NCBI GenBank assembly: GCA_963782915.1
Contig: CAWALK010000012.1
Coordinates: 352,001 to 416,000 of the forward strand
Direction of reading: 5' to 3'
DNA: 64,000 nucleotides
From: an uncultured archaeon
Lineage (GTDB): Archaea; Thermoproteota; Bathyarchaeia; Bathyarchaeales; Bathycorpusculaceae
In this document: piece after piece, positions 24,404 through 35,398 of the stretch
Numbering within the stretch: the first letter of the stretch is position 1
Layout: the number at the start of each line of letters is the position of its first letter
Translations under genes and position numbers: made by a program
Notes under the pieces: model-generated
What the model saw: only the letters and a program-made list of their open reading frames with translations
Told to the model about the DNA's origin: nothing
Database searches by the model: none

Positions 24404-25226
24404 GTGCGGCAACATTTTTTTGGGGACTTCAGGCTGGAGCTACAAGGAATGGGAAGGCAACTTTTACCAAAAAGGCACCGGACAAAGCAAGCTCCGAGCA
24501 TACTCAAGAGTATTCAAAACCGCCGAGATCGACTCAACCTTCTATCGCAACCCATCTAAGGGAACGGTTATGGGGTGGCTCAAATATTCCCCCAGCGACT
24601 TCATTTTTACAGCTAAACTGCCAAAAACGATAACCCATGACAAAGCACTGGGGCTAAAGAAAGACGTTAAGGCTGATTTGGAGGTGTTTTTGGATTTGAT
24701 GAGGCCTCTGCAATTGGGAGGAAAACTCGGTTGCCTACTCATCCAGTTGCCCCCAAAATACTCATACAACCCACAAAACTTAGAAGCCTTCTTTGAGTTG
24801 CTTGACCCCGTTTTCCGTTATGCAGTAGAATTTCGTAACTTATCCTGGCTGGTGCCCCAAACCCAAACATTTGAACTCCTCAAAAAGTACAGTGTCGCCT
24901 ACACAGTAGTAGATGAACCCTTGCTACCACCCGAAGTTCACTTAACCGCTGATTTTGCCTATTTCCGCTGGCACGGACACGGCAAAAACATCTGGTTTGA
25001 CTACCGCTACAGCAAAGAACAACTCGACGAGTGGGCACCCAAAGTGCAGAAGACCGCGGGTAAAGTCAAAAAAATCTATGGTTACTTCAACAATCACTAC
25101 CACGGTTATGCGCCGGAGAATTGTTTGCAGTTGCTGGGGCGGCTGGGGTTGCTGTCCGGGGAGCAGGTGAAGGCCAAGGATAAATGCAGGGTTAAGCAGG
25201 CGCAGCTTGGCGCATTCTTCGGCTAA
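24400..25226 (+). CDS. DUF72 (YecE-like) protein
   Basis: GTSGWSYKEW, EIDSTFY, LIQLPP, AVEFR, YFRWHG, YFNNH; indel in T-run near 24415. Confidence 0.92.
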
Positions 25227-25503
25227 TTCTAATATGTAAAATTAGTCGTCGCAGCAGTAACACACACAGCATTATCCATCTAAAACGCCAATAAGGGTAA
25301 CAGGCAAAGAGCGGCGAAGTGAGCTCCTAAACCTTCATCTGTGGTGCCATAACACAGTGTTTGGGATTTCTCCTTTCTCCTTGGAGCCACAGCCCTCTTT
25401 CCCCCACATCCTCCCATCCAAATGCAGGCGCTAAGCTCTTGAGAACCTATTTCTATCGCCACCGTCACCCTTGTTAGTGGAGTACTTTCTTTTCGGAGGT
25501 TTT

Positions 25504-26719
25504 TTGTTGAGGCGACTCTTAGCTTTCCTTCTTGTTGCAGTCATCATTGTAGCCTCGGTTATAACTGCCCAACAACTGCTTCCCTCGCTCAACACAAACA
25601 GCAACCAGAACCCACCCGGCGACTTCCATTTTGGCGTTTCATGGGGCGGCAACACCACAGCCCAAGCCAAACTCCTCATTGACAGAGTTAAAAACTTCAC
25701 CAACCTCTTCGTCATCCAATCCGGGCCTGTCAGCGTAAACGAAACAGCCCTAAACGAAATCGCCGACTACGCCGTCTCTTCCGGGTTAGATGTGATTGCC
25801 TACTTCGGTTTCTTCCGAGCTAACGAGACGTGGCAGGTGCCGTGGTTGTCTTATGCGCAGCAACGGTGGGGCAGCAGCTTCTTGGGCGTTTACATGCATG
25901 ATGAACCGGGCGGCGTAACCATAGATGCCAACTGGACCGGATACTTCGAGCAACTCAGCATACGCAACAGCTCAATCAACTACGAGCATCAACCCGCCAT
26001 CGATTTAGCCCTAAACGGTACTTTGCCGCTTGATAGTTACCAACTTAACCAAACTGCCTACCACTTCAATACCGAACTCCAAATCAGACCCAAACCTCAA
26101 CGAACTAAAAAACCGTCAAATCCACAGTTACACCAGCGATTATGCGCTTTACTGGTTTGACTACAAAGGCGGCTACGACACCATATTCGCCGAGTTAGGC
26201 TCCAACCAAAGCACCACCCAAACCATCGCACTCGCCCGGGGAGCCGCAAATATGCAAAACAAAACTTGGGGCACAATAATCACCTGGACCTACAATCAAC
26301 CGCCCTATCTGGTAAATGGGGCAGTCATGTATAGTCAGCTCCTCCTCAGCTATATGGCAGGTGCACAGTACGCTGTGATTTTTGATTATCCGCAAGTCGG
26401 CGACAATCCGTACGGGGTGTTGACTGAGGATCATTTTGCTGCTATGGAACGTTTCTGGAAAGATATTCAATCCGCAAGTTTTGACGGGGCCGCGAAGGCT
26501 GCTTACGTGTTGCCCTATGCTTACGGTTGGGGTATGCGTAGCGAGAACGATTCGATTTGGGGCCTGTGGCCTCCAGATAACAGTTCAGCGCAGATTTGGA
26601 GTAACATGCAAACGCTGCTCTCGAAGTATAGTATCGGTTTGGACATAGTTTACGATGATCCACAGTTTCCCATAGACGGCAGGTACCCGCAGGTTTATTG
26701 GTGGAATCAGACGCTCTAA
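25504..26719 (+). CDS. Uncharacterised secreted family, paralog 2 (frameshift near 26070)
   Basis: FTNLF, FLGVYMHDEPGG, SDYALYWFDY, WGTIITW..PPYL. Confidence 0.85.
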
Positions 26720-26845
26720 ATTATTCGACGCCTTGTTGTATCGGTAAGTTAGCTATATCTCAATTGCATGTGGCAATCTATGGTTAAACTGTAAATTATT
26801 ACAGTTTTAGATTCTGAATATTGAACTTTTAGGCATCAAAAATAT

Positions 26846-27574
26846 ATGCAAGAAGCAAGCCGTATCTTCAATCCCTTGAAGATGGAGCCCTTGCTAAACG
26901 CTATACGCTCAATAACACTGTTGCTGCTTCTCTGCATAGCGGGCGCTACATTCATAGGCTCAGTCGCAGCCCAAACCGTTGACGAAGACCCGGTATTCTT
27001 CGTAGTGGGCGACGGTTCTATCTACAGTGGCGGCGTCGGCTGGTACGCTGGATATGTAATATCAGGAGACTCAGGCACCTATACGCTTCAAATCTCCGCT
27101 AATGGACCAGAAGGCCGATTCCCAGTAACTGACGTAAAAGTGGTTGTTTGCGTAAGTGATGAAGCCACCCAAACAGCTACAGTAACCGTCGCTCCAAACA
27201 CAGCCCACCCCTTGGAATTGAAGGGGTATAACGCAACCCAACCCGGCTATTTTCCGCCGGGAGGCGTCTTCTCAGAACATGACTACTACGGTTACAACGA
27301 CACCTACCATGTTGCTGAATTAACTTATAGCCAAACCCATCACCCAACCAACCACTATGACCTTCAAGTGACTGTGACATTTGCAGCAGGCGCAACCGAA
27401 AATAGCAAAGTCATGTTCCTCTGCTACGGCATAGACTCAAAAGGCGACCCAGCTAAAACACCGTTTAGCGGTGGAACACTCATCGTTGCCCTACCCGAAT
27501 TCGCCGTGGCACCTGTGGCTGTTCTTGTTTGCTTTGCAGCTTTTGCGGTTTACAGAAAGCAAAAGACCAGATAA
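26846..27574 (+). CDS. Secreted protein with PEF-CTERM-like sorting signal
   Basis: Signal peptide; C-terminal LPEF + TM + RKQKTR. Confidence 0.75.
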   Translation: MQEASRIFNPLKMEPLLNAIRSITLLLLLCIAGATFIGSVAAQTVDEDPVFFVVGDGSIYSGGVGWYAGYVISGDSGTYTLQISANGPEGRFPVTDVKVVVCVSDEATQTATVTVAPNTAHPLELKGYNATQPGYFPPGGVFSEHDYYGYNDTYHVAELTYSQTHHPTNHYDLQVTVTFAAGATENSKVMFLCYGIDSKGDPAKTPFSGGTLIVALPEFAVAPVAVLVCFAAFAVYRKQKTR

Positions 27575-27636
27575 TTCACCAATTTCCCGATTTTGCTGCG
27601 AATGCACTATAAGCCCCGCAGCTCCTATGGTATGAA

Positions 27637-27831
27637 ATGCAACCTAACCAGCAAAGAATCCAAATCAAACCTGGCGCCCACGTAAAAATCGTCCTAAAAC
27701 AGCACCAGCGAAGCGGCACCTTAACCGAGGGCATAGTTAAAGAAATCCTCACCAGCAGCCCGACTCATCCTCATGGAATCAAGGTTAGGTTAACCGATGG
27801 CAAAGTCGGTAGAGTACAATTAATAATGTGA
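27637..27831 (+). CDS. YwbE family (DUF2196) protein
   Basis: VKIVLKQHQRSGTLTEG...HPHGIKVRLTDGKVGRVQ. Confidence 0.9.
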   Translation: MQPNQQRIQIKPGAHVKIVLKQHQRSGTLTEGIVKEILTSSPTHPHGIKVRLTDGKVGRVQLIM

Positions 27832-27870
27832 TTTTAGTCTCAAAAAGAAAATAATCGCCGTACTGTTCTT

Positions 27871-29301
27871 CTATGTCGGTACATTTGCACCCCGAGAGCC
27901 TCGTTGACCCGAGATGACGCTATCCTTCTTCATTTGCAGCGCAATCCCAAACCCCACTGCACTCATAATGGTGGCGGCTAAAAAGGCATAACGGAACCCC
28001 AACACCACCAACCCAACAGAATCCGGTGAACCAACAACAGCCATAGGCTGCGTGCTAACCAACGTTGCGATTGTAACAAGAATAGCTAAACCCAAAGGAA
28101 ACCCAACCCGCTGAGAAGTAGTGATTATTCCCGAAGCAAGGCCTTCCTCGCCGGGTTTTGTGCCCGCCAAAGCAGCAATGTAGAGTGCAGGGAAACCGAT
28201 GCTTGCGCCAAAACCCCACAATACCGTGCCCAACTCTATTATTAGCAGGTTTCCTACTTCGGAAATCTGCGTTAGCACGGCATTGCCTGCAATCATGAAA
28301 GCTAACGAAATCAAAAGTACATATTTGACGCCTAAGCGCCCTACCAGCCTAGAGGAGCCCCAGCCGCCAATAAATAAGAAAACAGCTGCTGATGGAAGAA
28401 AAGCAAGTCCCGTAGCCAGTGCTGAGTAACCAAGTATCTGTTGCATGTAAACTGTTACTATGAATCCTAATCCGCCGCTTGCAGCCGCAATTATTAGCGT
28501 GAGAACGTTTGCGGTGATTACGGTGCCTCTGCGCAGAAAACCCAATGGCATCAAGGGGTCTTTGGTTCTGGATTCAATGGCAACAAAACCTACCAGTATC
28601 AAGATTGAGATAACAAGTGGTATGATTGTTTGCAACGACAAGAAACCATTGTTTCCCGCATCAGTAAGCGCATACACAAACAGCATCACCCCCGCAGTCG
28701 CAGTTAAGCCGCCCAATAAATCCAGCCGCCCGCTCCGCTTGCGTCCGCTACTGCCCCTGAGATACTTGAGCGCCAGAATCGCCGTTGCAGCACCAATCGG
28801 GACATTAACAAACATCACCGAACGCCAACCAAAAGCAGCCGTCAACACACCACCCAAGATGGAGCCAGCTGCAAAACCCGCAGAAAGTACCGCAACCAAT
28901 ATCCCCAAAGCACGGTTTCTGCGTGGTCCTTCAGGAAAAATCGTTGTAAAAATCGCCAATGCCGTTACTGTTGAGATAGCTGCCCCTACACCCTGCACTG
29001 CTCTTGCTGCAACAAGCGAAATCAGTGAGGGCGATAATCCGCCAATCAATGATGCGATGGTGAATAATGCTACGCCTATGACGAAGAGTTTTTTTTGGCC
29101 ATAAATGTCGCCTGCTCTTCCACTAAGCAATAGAAAACCTGCTAAGGTAAGGCCATATGCGCCTACTATCCATTGGGCATCTGGCAATGAAATGGCGAAT
29201 TCATCGCGGATTGTGGGTAGGGCGATTTGGATTATGGAGAAGTCGATTATGTCTAGGAAGGCTGCAGCGATTACTAAGGCGAAGGTTAACCTAACATGCA
29301 C
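27871..29301 (-). CDS. MFS transporter, DHA2 (EmrB/QacA-like)
   Basis: D..I..IALPTI, GRAGDIYGQK, WRSVMFVNVPIG; ~14 TM. Confidence 0.92.
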   Translation of the reverse strand: MHVRLTFALVIAAAFLDIIDFSIIQIALPTIRDEFAISLPDAQWIVGAYGLTLAGFLLLSGRAGDIYGQKKLFVIGVALFTIASLIGGLSPSLISLVAARAVQGVGAAISTVTALAIFTTIFPEGPRRNRALGILVAVLSAGFAAGSILGGVLTAAFGWRSVMFVNVPIGAATAILALKYLRGSSGRKRSGRLDLLGGLTATAGVMLFVYALTDAGNNGFLSLQTIIPLVISILILVGFVAIESRTKDPLMPLGFLRRGTVITANVLTLIIAAASGGLGFIVTVYMQQILGYSALATGLAFLPSAAVFLFIGGWGSSRLVGRLGVKYVLLISLAFMIAGNAVLTQISEVGNLLIIELGTVLWGFGASIGFPALYIAALAGTKPGEEGLASGIITTSQRVGFPLGLAILVTIATLVSTQPMAVVGSPDSVGLVVLGFRYAFLAATIMSAVGFGIALQMKKDSVISGQRGSRGANVPT

Positions 29302-29448
29302 TTGGTTAGGTGTTTGTGCGTTGTCTTTAGTGTCTAAGCCTAAAATCTAATCCACCAACCGCAAAATAAAGGACCGTTAATCTAAAATTAGCAATTATAA
29401 AACAGAAATTCGCAGCTATTATATGCTTCTGGAGGCTTGGGCTAATAA

Positions 29449-29691
29449 TTATTGCTTGATTATTTCGCCAATGCCCTCTTTTCTGCCAACCTGCGTTACC
29501 TTTATCATAACACGCTCAAGCGGTTTGGCTTTGGGCACAGCTATAATGTAACCCTGGATTTTTGTCCTTCCATCCCCATTTGGACATAAATCGATTATGT
29601 TAACTTCTAATTCGTCTCCCACTGCAATGGGGCTTGGCTTTCCAGCATAATTGATTTTGAATTTTCCGCCCCGAACTCTTCTATGAACCAT
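29449..29691 (-). CDS. TRAM domain protein
   Basis: PIAVGDELEVNI...GDGRTKIQGYIIAVP. Confidence 0.8.
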   Translation of the reverse strand: MVHRRVRGGKFKINYAGKPSPIAVGDELEVNIIDLCPNGDGRTKIQGYIIAVPKAKPLERVMIKVTQVGRKEGIGEIIKQ

Positions 29692-29752
29692 ATAGAACCC
29701 TGCTTTTTGTTTAAAATGGTGTTGAGGGCTTAAATCTTCCGCAGCTTTTTTC

Positions 29753-30227
29753 TTATTTTGATGCTCTTTCATCAGCCTTTAATTCGATTTTGCCGCATAT
29801 GGGGCATAAGTAAACTGTAACGGGTAATTCTTCCCCAAACTTGCCCAAAATCGCCGTTAAGCGGTGGTCCTTCCCATCCCTCAATTTTAAATTTGGTTTT
29901 ACCCATTGACATCTCAACACCGCATAACGAGCAGCACACCGCTTCGGCTTTTGGGGTTTGGGCTACTTCAGGTTCTGTGTCACGGTTAATTGTACTGGGA
30001 GCAACCGCTTTTTCTGGTTCAAACGTTGAGCGCTGATTTTCGGTGTTCCCTAAAAATTTGCAGCTAACCGCGCATTCACGTCTAGAATAGCAAATATAGC
30101 AACAGGACATTGTCTCCTCGTTTTGGCATCGAAGCTGTCTATTCGCCTTGGCTTTCTCGCTTTCCAATACGGCTGAACATAGTTTTTCGATTGTTAAGTA
30201 TTCGCAGCTATTGGCTAAATCCGACAA
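29753..30227 (-). CDS. Cys-rich zinc-ribbon protein (frameshift near 29840)
   Basis: CCYIC, CSLCG; corrected tail VYLCPICGKIEL. Confidence 0.6.
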
Positions 30228-30378
30228 GTTCCTCTCTTCCTATTGCTTAGTGAAGTTGATGTTTTTGCCTATCTGTGTTTTGGTTAGAATCTGCCTTAAA
30301 CTCGTTGCAATCCAATTGTGGGAATTTGACGCCTTCTGTTCTATATAGTGCTCACAAGTAAGCTTTAATTCCTAGAGT

Positions 30379-32184
30379 TTGCTTCTGGTTAGTTGGTGCT
30401 TTTTGTTGCGTAATATTCAGCGTTTTGTTGTCTTTTTATTTATACTTTCATCTTTTTTGGTTCCATTATGCGTTGAAAATACTTCTATTTATGCCCAATC
30501 TGCCAGCGACGATAGTTGGACAATGTTTAGGCATGACCCTCAACGATCGGGCTACTCAATCTCAGACGCACCTAACACCAACAAAACCAGTTGGATCTAC
30601 AATAGCACCTACGAAATTGCTTCCTCCCCAGCTATCGCCGACGGAAAATTAATAGTGATCCAATCAAACGGAGAAGTTATCGCTCTGAGTACTGCAACGG
30701 GTAATATAATTTGGACATATGCAACCAACAGTGCAGCTGATCTGGTTTGGAGTTCACCCGCCATTGATTCAGGAAAAGTCTATGTTGGTACACCCGACGG
30801 CAACCTCTACTGTTTAGATGCCTCCACAGGATCAATGAAGTGGGCTTTCAAAACCAGCGGCTCCATTGATTCCTCTCCACTAGTTAAGGATGGCATGGTC
30901 TACTTTACCTCAGAAGATGGCAGACTATACTGTTTAGACTCAACCACTGGCTTGTTTTATTGGAAAACACAAGTTCTATCCTCCTCAGGCATTTTTGCTT
31001 CTGTCGCCTATTCAAACAACTTATTCTACGTAGCCTGCAAAGACGGAATGGTTTATGGCATCACCACATACAACGGGAACTCATCAATAAGATGGGCTAC
31101 ATCCATTCGTTTACCAGTCACTTCTTCTCCAACCGTCAGCGGCAACAGCCTCTATTTGGGCAGTGGCGCAAAATCGTTTGACAACGGAACCTCTTACACA
31201 GGAAAAATCATATGCTTCAACGCTAGCGGTCCACAAGTGTTTTGGAGCACTCAAACAAGCGAAAATAACCTTGAAATCCTATATTCTTCCCCCGCTATCG
31301 CTGATGGCAGATTATTCATTGGTTCCAACGCAGGCAACTTCTATTGTCTTGATGCCTCAACGGGAGCGACTCTGTGGAGTGTTCAAACTGGGCGCCAAAT
31401 TGTTTGTTCTCCAGCGGTTGCAGACGGCAAAGTCTTTTTCGGTTGCGGTGGGAAGGGCACAATTTACTGCGTCTCGGAATATACTGGCGCCGTTGAATGG
31501 AGCTATGAGACTGAAAGCAGATGCCTCTCAAGCCCCGCAGTCAGCAATGGCGTTGTCTACATATGTTCTGGTTTTAGTGTCTATGCTTTTGGCTCTTCAG
31601 ACCCAATTCCATCATCAACGCCAGCGCCAACATCGACAACTTCAACATCGCCTGCTTCTTTGGAAGCATCTACGGCGACTTTGCAGGCTAAAACCGATAA
31701 CGACAGAACGGTCAACCTAACAATAAACGGAAACATAACATCTTCACAGATTTCAAACGTAACATATGCAACGGATGAAGCGGCGAAGTCAACCACTATT
31801 TCCTTCACTGTAACGGGTGAAACTGGCACTGTCGGTTTTAGCAACATAACCATCCCTAAAAAAGAGGTAACCTCTGGGGGTGCCCCAGCTATCTACATTG
31901 ACGATGCCATGGCACAAAATCAAGGCTACACCCAAAACGCACAGAACTATTATGTGTGGTTTACAACCCATTTCAGTACTCATAAAATATCGATTGTTTT
32001 TACAGCGGATGCGGAGTCTATGTCGGTTCCATCTGTATCCCCTGGTCATGCGGAAGCGGAGTTTAGTTGGCTTCAAGTATTCTATGGGGTGGCAGTTGCC
32101 GCGGTGATAGTGGTAGTGGTTGTTGTTGGGCTTTTGTTGTTTGTTAGAGGGAAGAGGGTTGCCCGTGCTCGTTTGACGGAATAG
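30379..32184 (+). CDS. PQQ-binding-like (BamB-type) beta-propeller surface protein
   Basis: WTMFRHDPQRSG, repeated SSPAI..G.VY.G..DG.LYCLDA.TG...W; C-terminal TM. Confidence 0.9.
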   Translation: MLLVSWCFLLRNIQRFVVFLFILSSFLVPLCVENTSIYAQSASDDSWTMFRHDPQRSGYSISDAPNTNKTSWIYNSTYEIASSPAIADGKLIVIQSNGEVIALSTATGNIIWTYATNSAADLVWSSPAIDSGKVYVGTPDGNLYCLDASTGSMKWAFKTSGSIDSSPLVKDGMVYFTSEDGRLYCLDSTTGLFYWKTQVLSSSGIFASVAYSNNLFYVACKDGMVYGITTYNGNSSIRWATSIRLPVTSSPTVSGNSLYLGSGAKSFDNGTSYTGKIICFNASGPQVFWSTQTSENNLEILYSSPAIADGRLFIGSNAGNFYCLDASTGATLWSVQTGRQIVCSPAVADGKVFFGCGGKGTIYCVSEYTGAVEWSYETESRCLSSPAVSNGVVYICSGFSVYAFGSSDPIPSSTPAPTSTTSTSPASLEASTATLQAKTDNDRTVNLTINGNITSSQISNVTYATDEAAKSTTISFTVTGETGTVGFSNITIPKKEVTSGGAPAIYIDDAMAQNQGYTQNAQNYYVWFTTHFSTHKISIVFTADAESMSVPSVSPGHAEAEFSWLQVFYGVAVAAVIVVVVVVGLLLFVRGKRVARARLTE

Positions 32185-32236
32185 TCTTGGCGGAAGGGAA
32201 GTCGGTCGAACACGTTTTTGTTAGCGTTATCTTGGT

Positions 32237-32476
32237 TTAGTTGTTCCTGTACAATTTAGCGCAAACAACAGTAACCAACAGCATAACAAAACCAGCTACC
32301 ATAAGCACCAAGCCTTCAACAGTTGCTGGAGCAGTGTAGCCCATACTGGCATTGGCTTTTGGCACGTAAAACTGGGGAAACAGCATGTACGGAAGGACAA
32401 GAAGCCCAAAAGTTGCAGCGCCAGTTACAAGCGCCAATATCCCAAGTGTACGACGTGAAAGTTTCTTCATAGCCAA
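32237..32476 (-). CDS. Small two-TM membrane protein
   Basis: Two hydrophobic segments. Confidence 0.6.
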   Translation of the reverse strand: MAMKKLSRRTLGILALVTGAATFGLLVLPYMLFPQFYVPKANASMGYTAPATVEGLVLMVAGFVMLLVTVVCAKLYRNN

Positions 32477-32639
32477 TTAACCCCCACAAACTATGTGTTT
32501 GGGCTAAAAAGCTCTTTCTTAAGAATAAGATGGAGATTTGCATCTCGACACCGACTTAAAGTAACGGCATTTCCTATTCTTATTTCAAATACTAAACTTA
32601 TAACCAACCCTTGGCTTACTTGTAGAGAGATGATGTACT

Positions 32640-32852
32640 ATGCAGCTTAAGAATGAAACGATGCTAGCTATTGGCGTAATATCAATCGCGTTGGGTGTCT
32701 TAATCGGTAAATTCACTCATTTTGAATACGGCGGCATTTTAGTTTCTGATTTCTTGGAAGGCTTCTTTGTGGGGCTAGCAATAGTAATGACTCTAGCGTA
32801 TATGGTAAGAGTAAGAATAGGTAACAAGACTAACACGCCTGCAACTAAATAA
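32640..32852 (+). CDS. Small two-TM membrane protein
   Basis: Two hydrophobic segments, SDFLEG. Confidence 0.6.
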   Translation: MQLKNETMLAIGVISIALGVLIGKFTHFEYGGILVSDFLEGFFVGLAIVMTLAYMVRVRIGNKTNTPATK

Positions 32853-32928
32853 AATATGATTGGTGACGGGAGGGATTTTAACCCTCAATTTGGCGGTGTA
32901 GTTTTAGAAAAAGTAGACTGTGGTAGCG

Positions 32929-34649
32929 CTATTTTTTGTTTTTTGCATAATACTGGTTGAGGTCGGTGTTGCAGAAGGGGCATGAGCCTTTGGTGTCGAG
33001 GAGTTGGTTTCCGCAGTTGGGGCAGAAGATAGGTTTTGGTTGTGCAGTGGATGTTTGAACTGGTTGAGTTTTTGGGGTTTCGTAAACTGCTGGCGGAGGC
33101 GCGTTTTGGTTGGCTGTTTTGGCTTTCCTTGACTGTTTTTTCCTGCTCACTAACGCTAAAACTACGACTATCACAACGATTACTGCAACGATGATGGCTG
33201 CTAAAATCATTGGATTAGACAAAATGCCATTGTCACCTTCAGAATTGGTTGTCGGGGTTGGAGTTGTTGCTGCAATTGTCGGTGTAGGTGTCGCTGCTGC
33301 TTGTTGGATCCACCACTGGTTTATTGAAGAAGCATCAAAGGCAGAAACATCCGACTGCAAATCTTGCACAGTAAAGCCCGCTTGTACTCCCGCTGGAAGC
33401 GTCAACATCTGGTTAGCCGCTACGGTTATCGAGCTGTTTGTGTATTGGTCGACGAATATAACTGAGCCATCGATAACTTGGATAGTTGTTGATCCTGCGC
33501 TGTCAACGGTTACGACGTAATCGGTTCCGCTGCCCATTACTAATCCCTGCGGCACCTGAATGGGCCGCACATTGCAGGTTCCTTCTTGCGGAGATAACTG
33601 TTCATGAACATACGCAATGCCTGTTCCCAACAGCATAGACCCTTCGACGATTGCTGCACCCGTCAAAGCTACGGGTAATGTTTCACCGATGATTAAGAGC
33701 CCAATGCCGATTTCGATGGGAAGTGTGATGGCTATTTGGCCGAATTCGTCAGCTTCTAACCCCTCCTCGAATGGAATGGACCCTGTTGTTGGCGACGGCA
33801 CGACAGTGTAAGATATGTGACCGTCTATGGGGTCGGTTTGGGGTTCCATATACACCCAAGCTGCGTGAGAGTTTGAGCCCAAATACACGGTTCCTCCCTG
33901 GTCCGGGTAGTTGAATCCGACGACGGTGTTGCTGCCTGTTTGGATTTCTGCTCCTGTTCCAAATGTGCTTTGATCAGTAACAGCTCCACCTGTATCGGTG
34001 AATGTGGCTGAACCACGAACTTGTGAAACACTGCCTAAATTGCTTGATGTTGGCGGAACCGGCATAGGTGGAGGCGTTGCAGTGGGCGGTACAGTAGCGG
34101 ATGAGCCATCCCGGAGCACGATTATGCCGTTTGTGTCACTTGTTATGGTTTTTCCTGAAAGGGTTGCGGTTATGATGTCGGTGGTGAAGGTACCTTCTAG
34201 ATGGGTTTTTGTTGAGCTTGCCGGATACCCATCGGCGGTGAAGCTTGCTCCTGAAACAGTTCCGTAAAATAGAAGGCTTCCGCCGGTCACCGGAGGTACA
34301 CCGGACATGCCCCATTCATCCCAGTATGCCTGATCAGTTTTCCAGCTTGATGCGTATGTATAGAACACTATGGAGAGGTCGCTGCCCTGCTGAATTATCT
34401 CCATCTTAAAGGTGGATGTTATGTCGTTCATGCGTAGGGTGGCATCTGAGGGATCCATGTCATAGTACACGCCGGAAACTCTGCTTGTCCAGGTTCCGGT
34501 TAAATCTCTGGCCGGGGTAAGTTGGGCATGAAGCGGCGTTATCAATGCCGCACATACTATTAGGGATAGAATGATTGATGTAATAATTTTTGAGGGAATA
34601 ACTTTACCGTTGATTTGGAGAACGGGGTGGTGACTTTTATTTTGTGCAT
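32929..34649 (-). CDS. Exported protein with FecR-like segment, TM and C-terminal zinc ribbon (5' frameshift)
   Basis: IQTGSN...GTDYVVTVD...TTIQVIDGSV; FCPNCG...CPFC. Confidence 0.7.
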
Positions 34650-34879
34650 GGGCTCGCCTGACGGGCGCGTTACATGTTTTTCCCTATTAACCTTTAGCAG
34701 GGCTTTGTTGAATTTTCACCGAGGAACTATTCGATTCCTGAACAATTCCGGTTTGACAAGTAATGACACCGCTGTTGACTTAGGTGCTGCCTTGCCCTCA
34801 TAGCAAACACTTGGTTGCATTATCCCCCTTCTATGATCATACAGTAAAAAAATATCCGGCAAGCTGCTATTCTCGGATT

Positions 34880-35170
34880 TCAAATCCTTGTTTTAGTGTC
34901 TACCTTTGTGGGCTTATAGACAATTATGGTATCTTTATCTTCTTTAGCGGTTAAGCCATAATTTCCAAGGAGTTTTTCCAAATCCTCTATAGTGTGATAT
35001 TTAATGGCTTTTATGTTAAGTTGAAAACCGTCAGAAAACTCTTCGTTTTGTTTTGGGTATTTTATGTTTATAAAACTTATAAAATCCCCTTTATGGATCT
35101 CGGTAAATATTTTTAGTAGCTTTACTGCTTCTTTTCTTTCCAACTCTGCACCAATTATACTTTGAAGCAA
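34880..35170 (-). CDS. Hypothetical protein
   Basis: 96-aa ORF ending IIVYKP. Confidence 0.55.
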   Translation of the reverse strand: MLQSIIGAELERKEAVKLLKIFTEIHKGDFISFINIKYPKQNEEFSDGFQLNIKAIKYHTIEDLEKLLGNYGLTAKEDKDTIIVYKPTKVDTKTRI

Positions 35171-35398
35171 GTGCTATATAAAATGAGGTAATATTTTGTA
35201 ATTGTCATGGGAATTTGAGTATCACAAGCAAACTTTGCAATACATAGAAAGCCAACTTGATCAAATGTCGAAAGCTGATACTGGTCAAGGGTTAATGTTC
35301 ATTCGATTCAAACCCGTTTTTCTGGGGCACCAGCATAAAACCGATTAAGTATGGAATTTGGTAATTCTTTATTAGCTGCTTGCAATAAAGTCGGTTTG

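Noticed and set aside
21755-33520. Long antisense ORFs (21755-22432, 28460-29104, 33110-33520)
   Set aside because: Mirror frames of well-supported genes on the opposite strand
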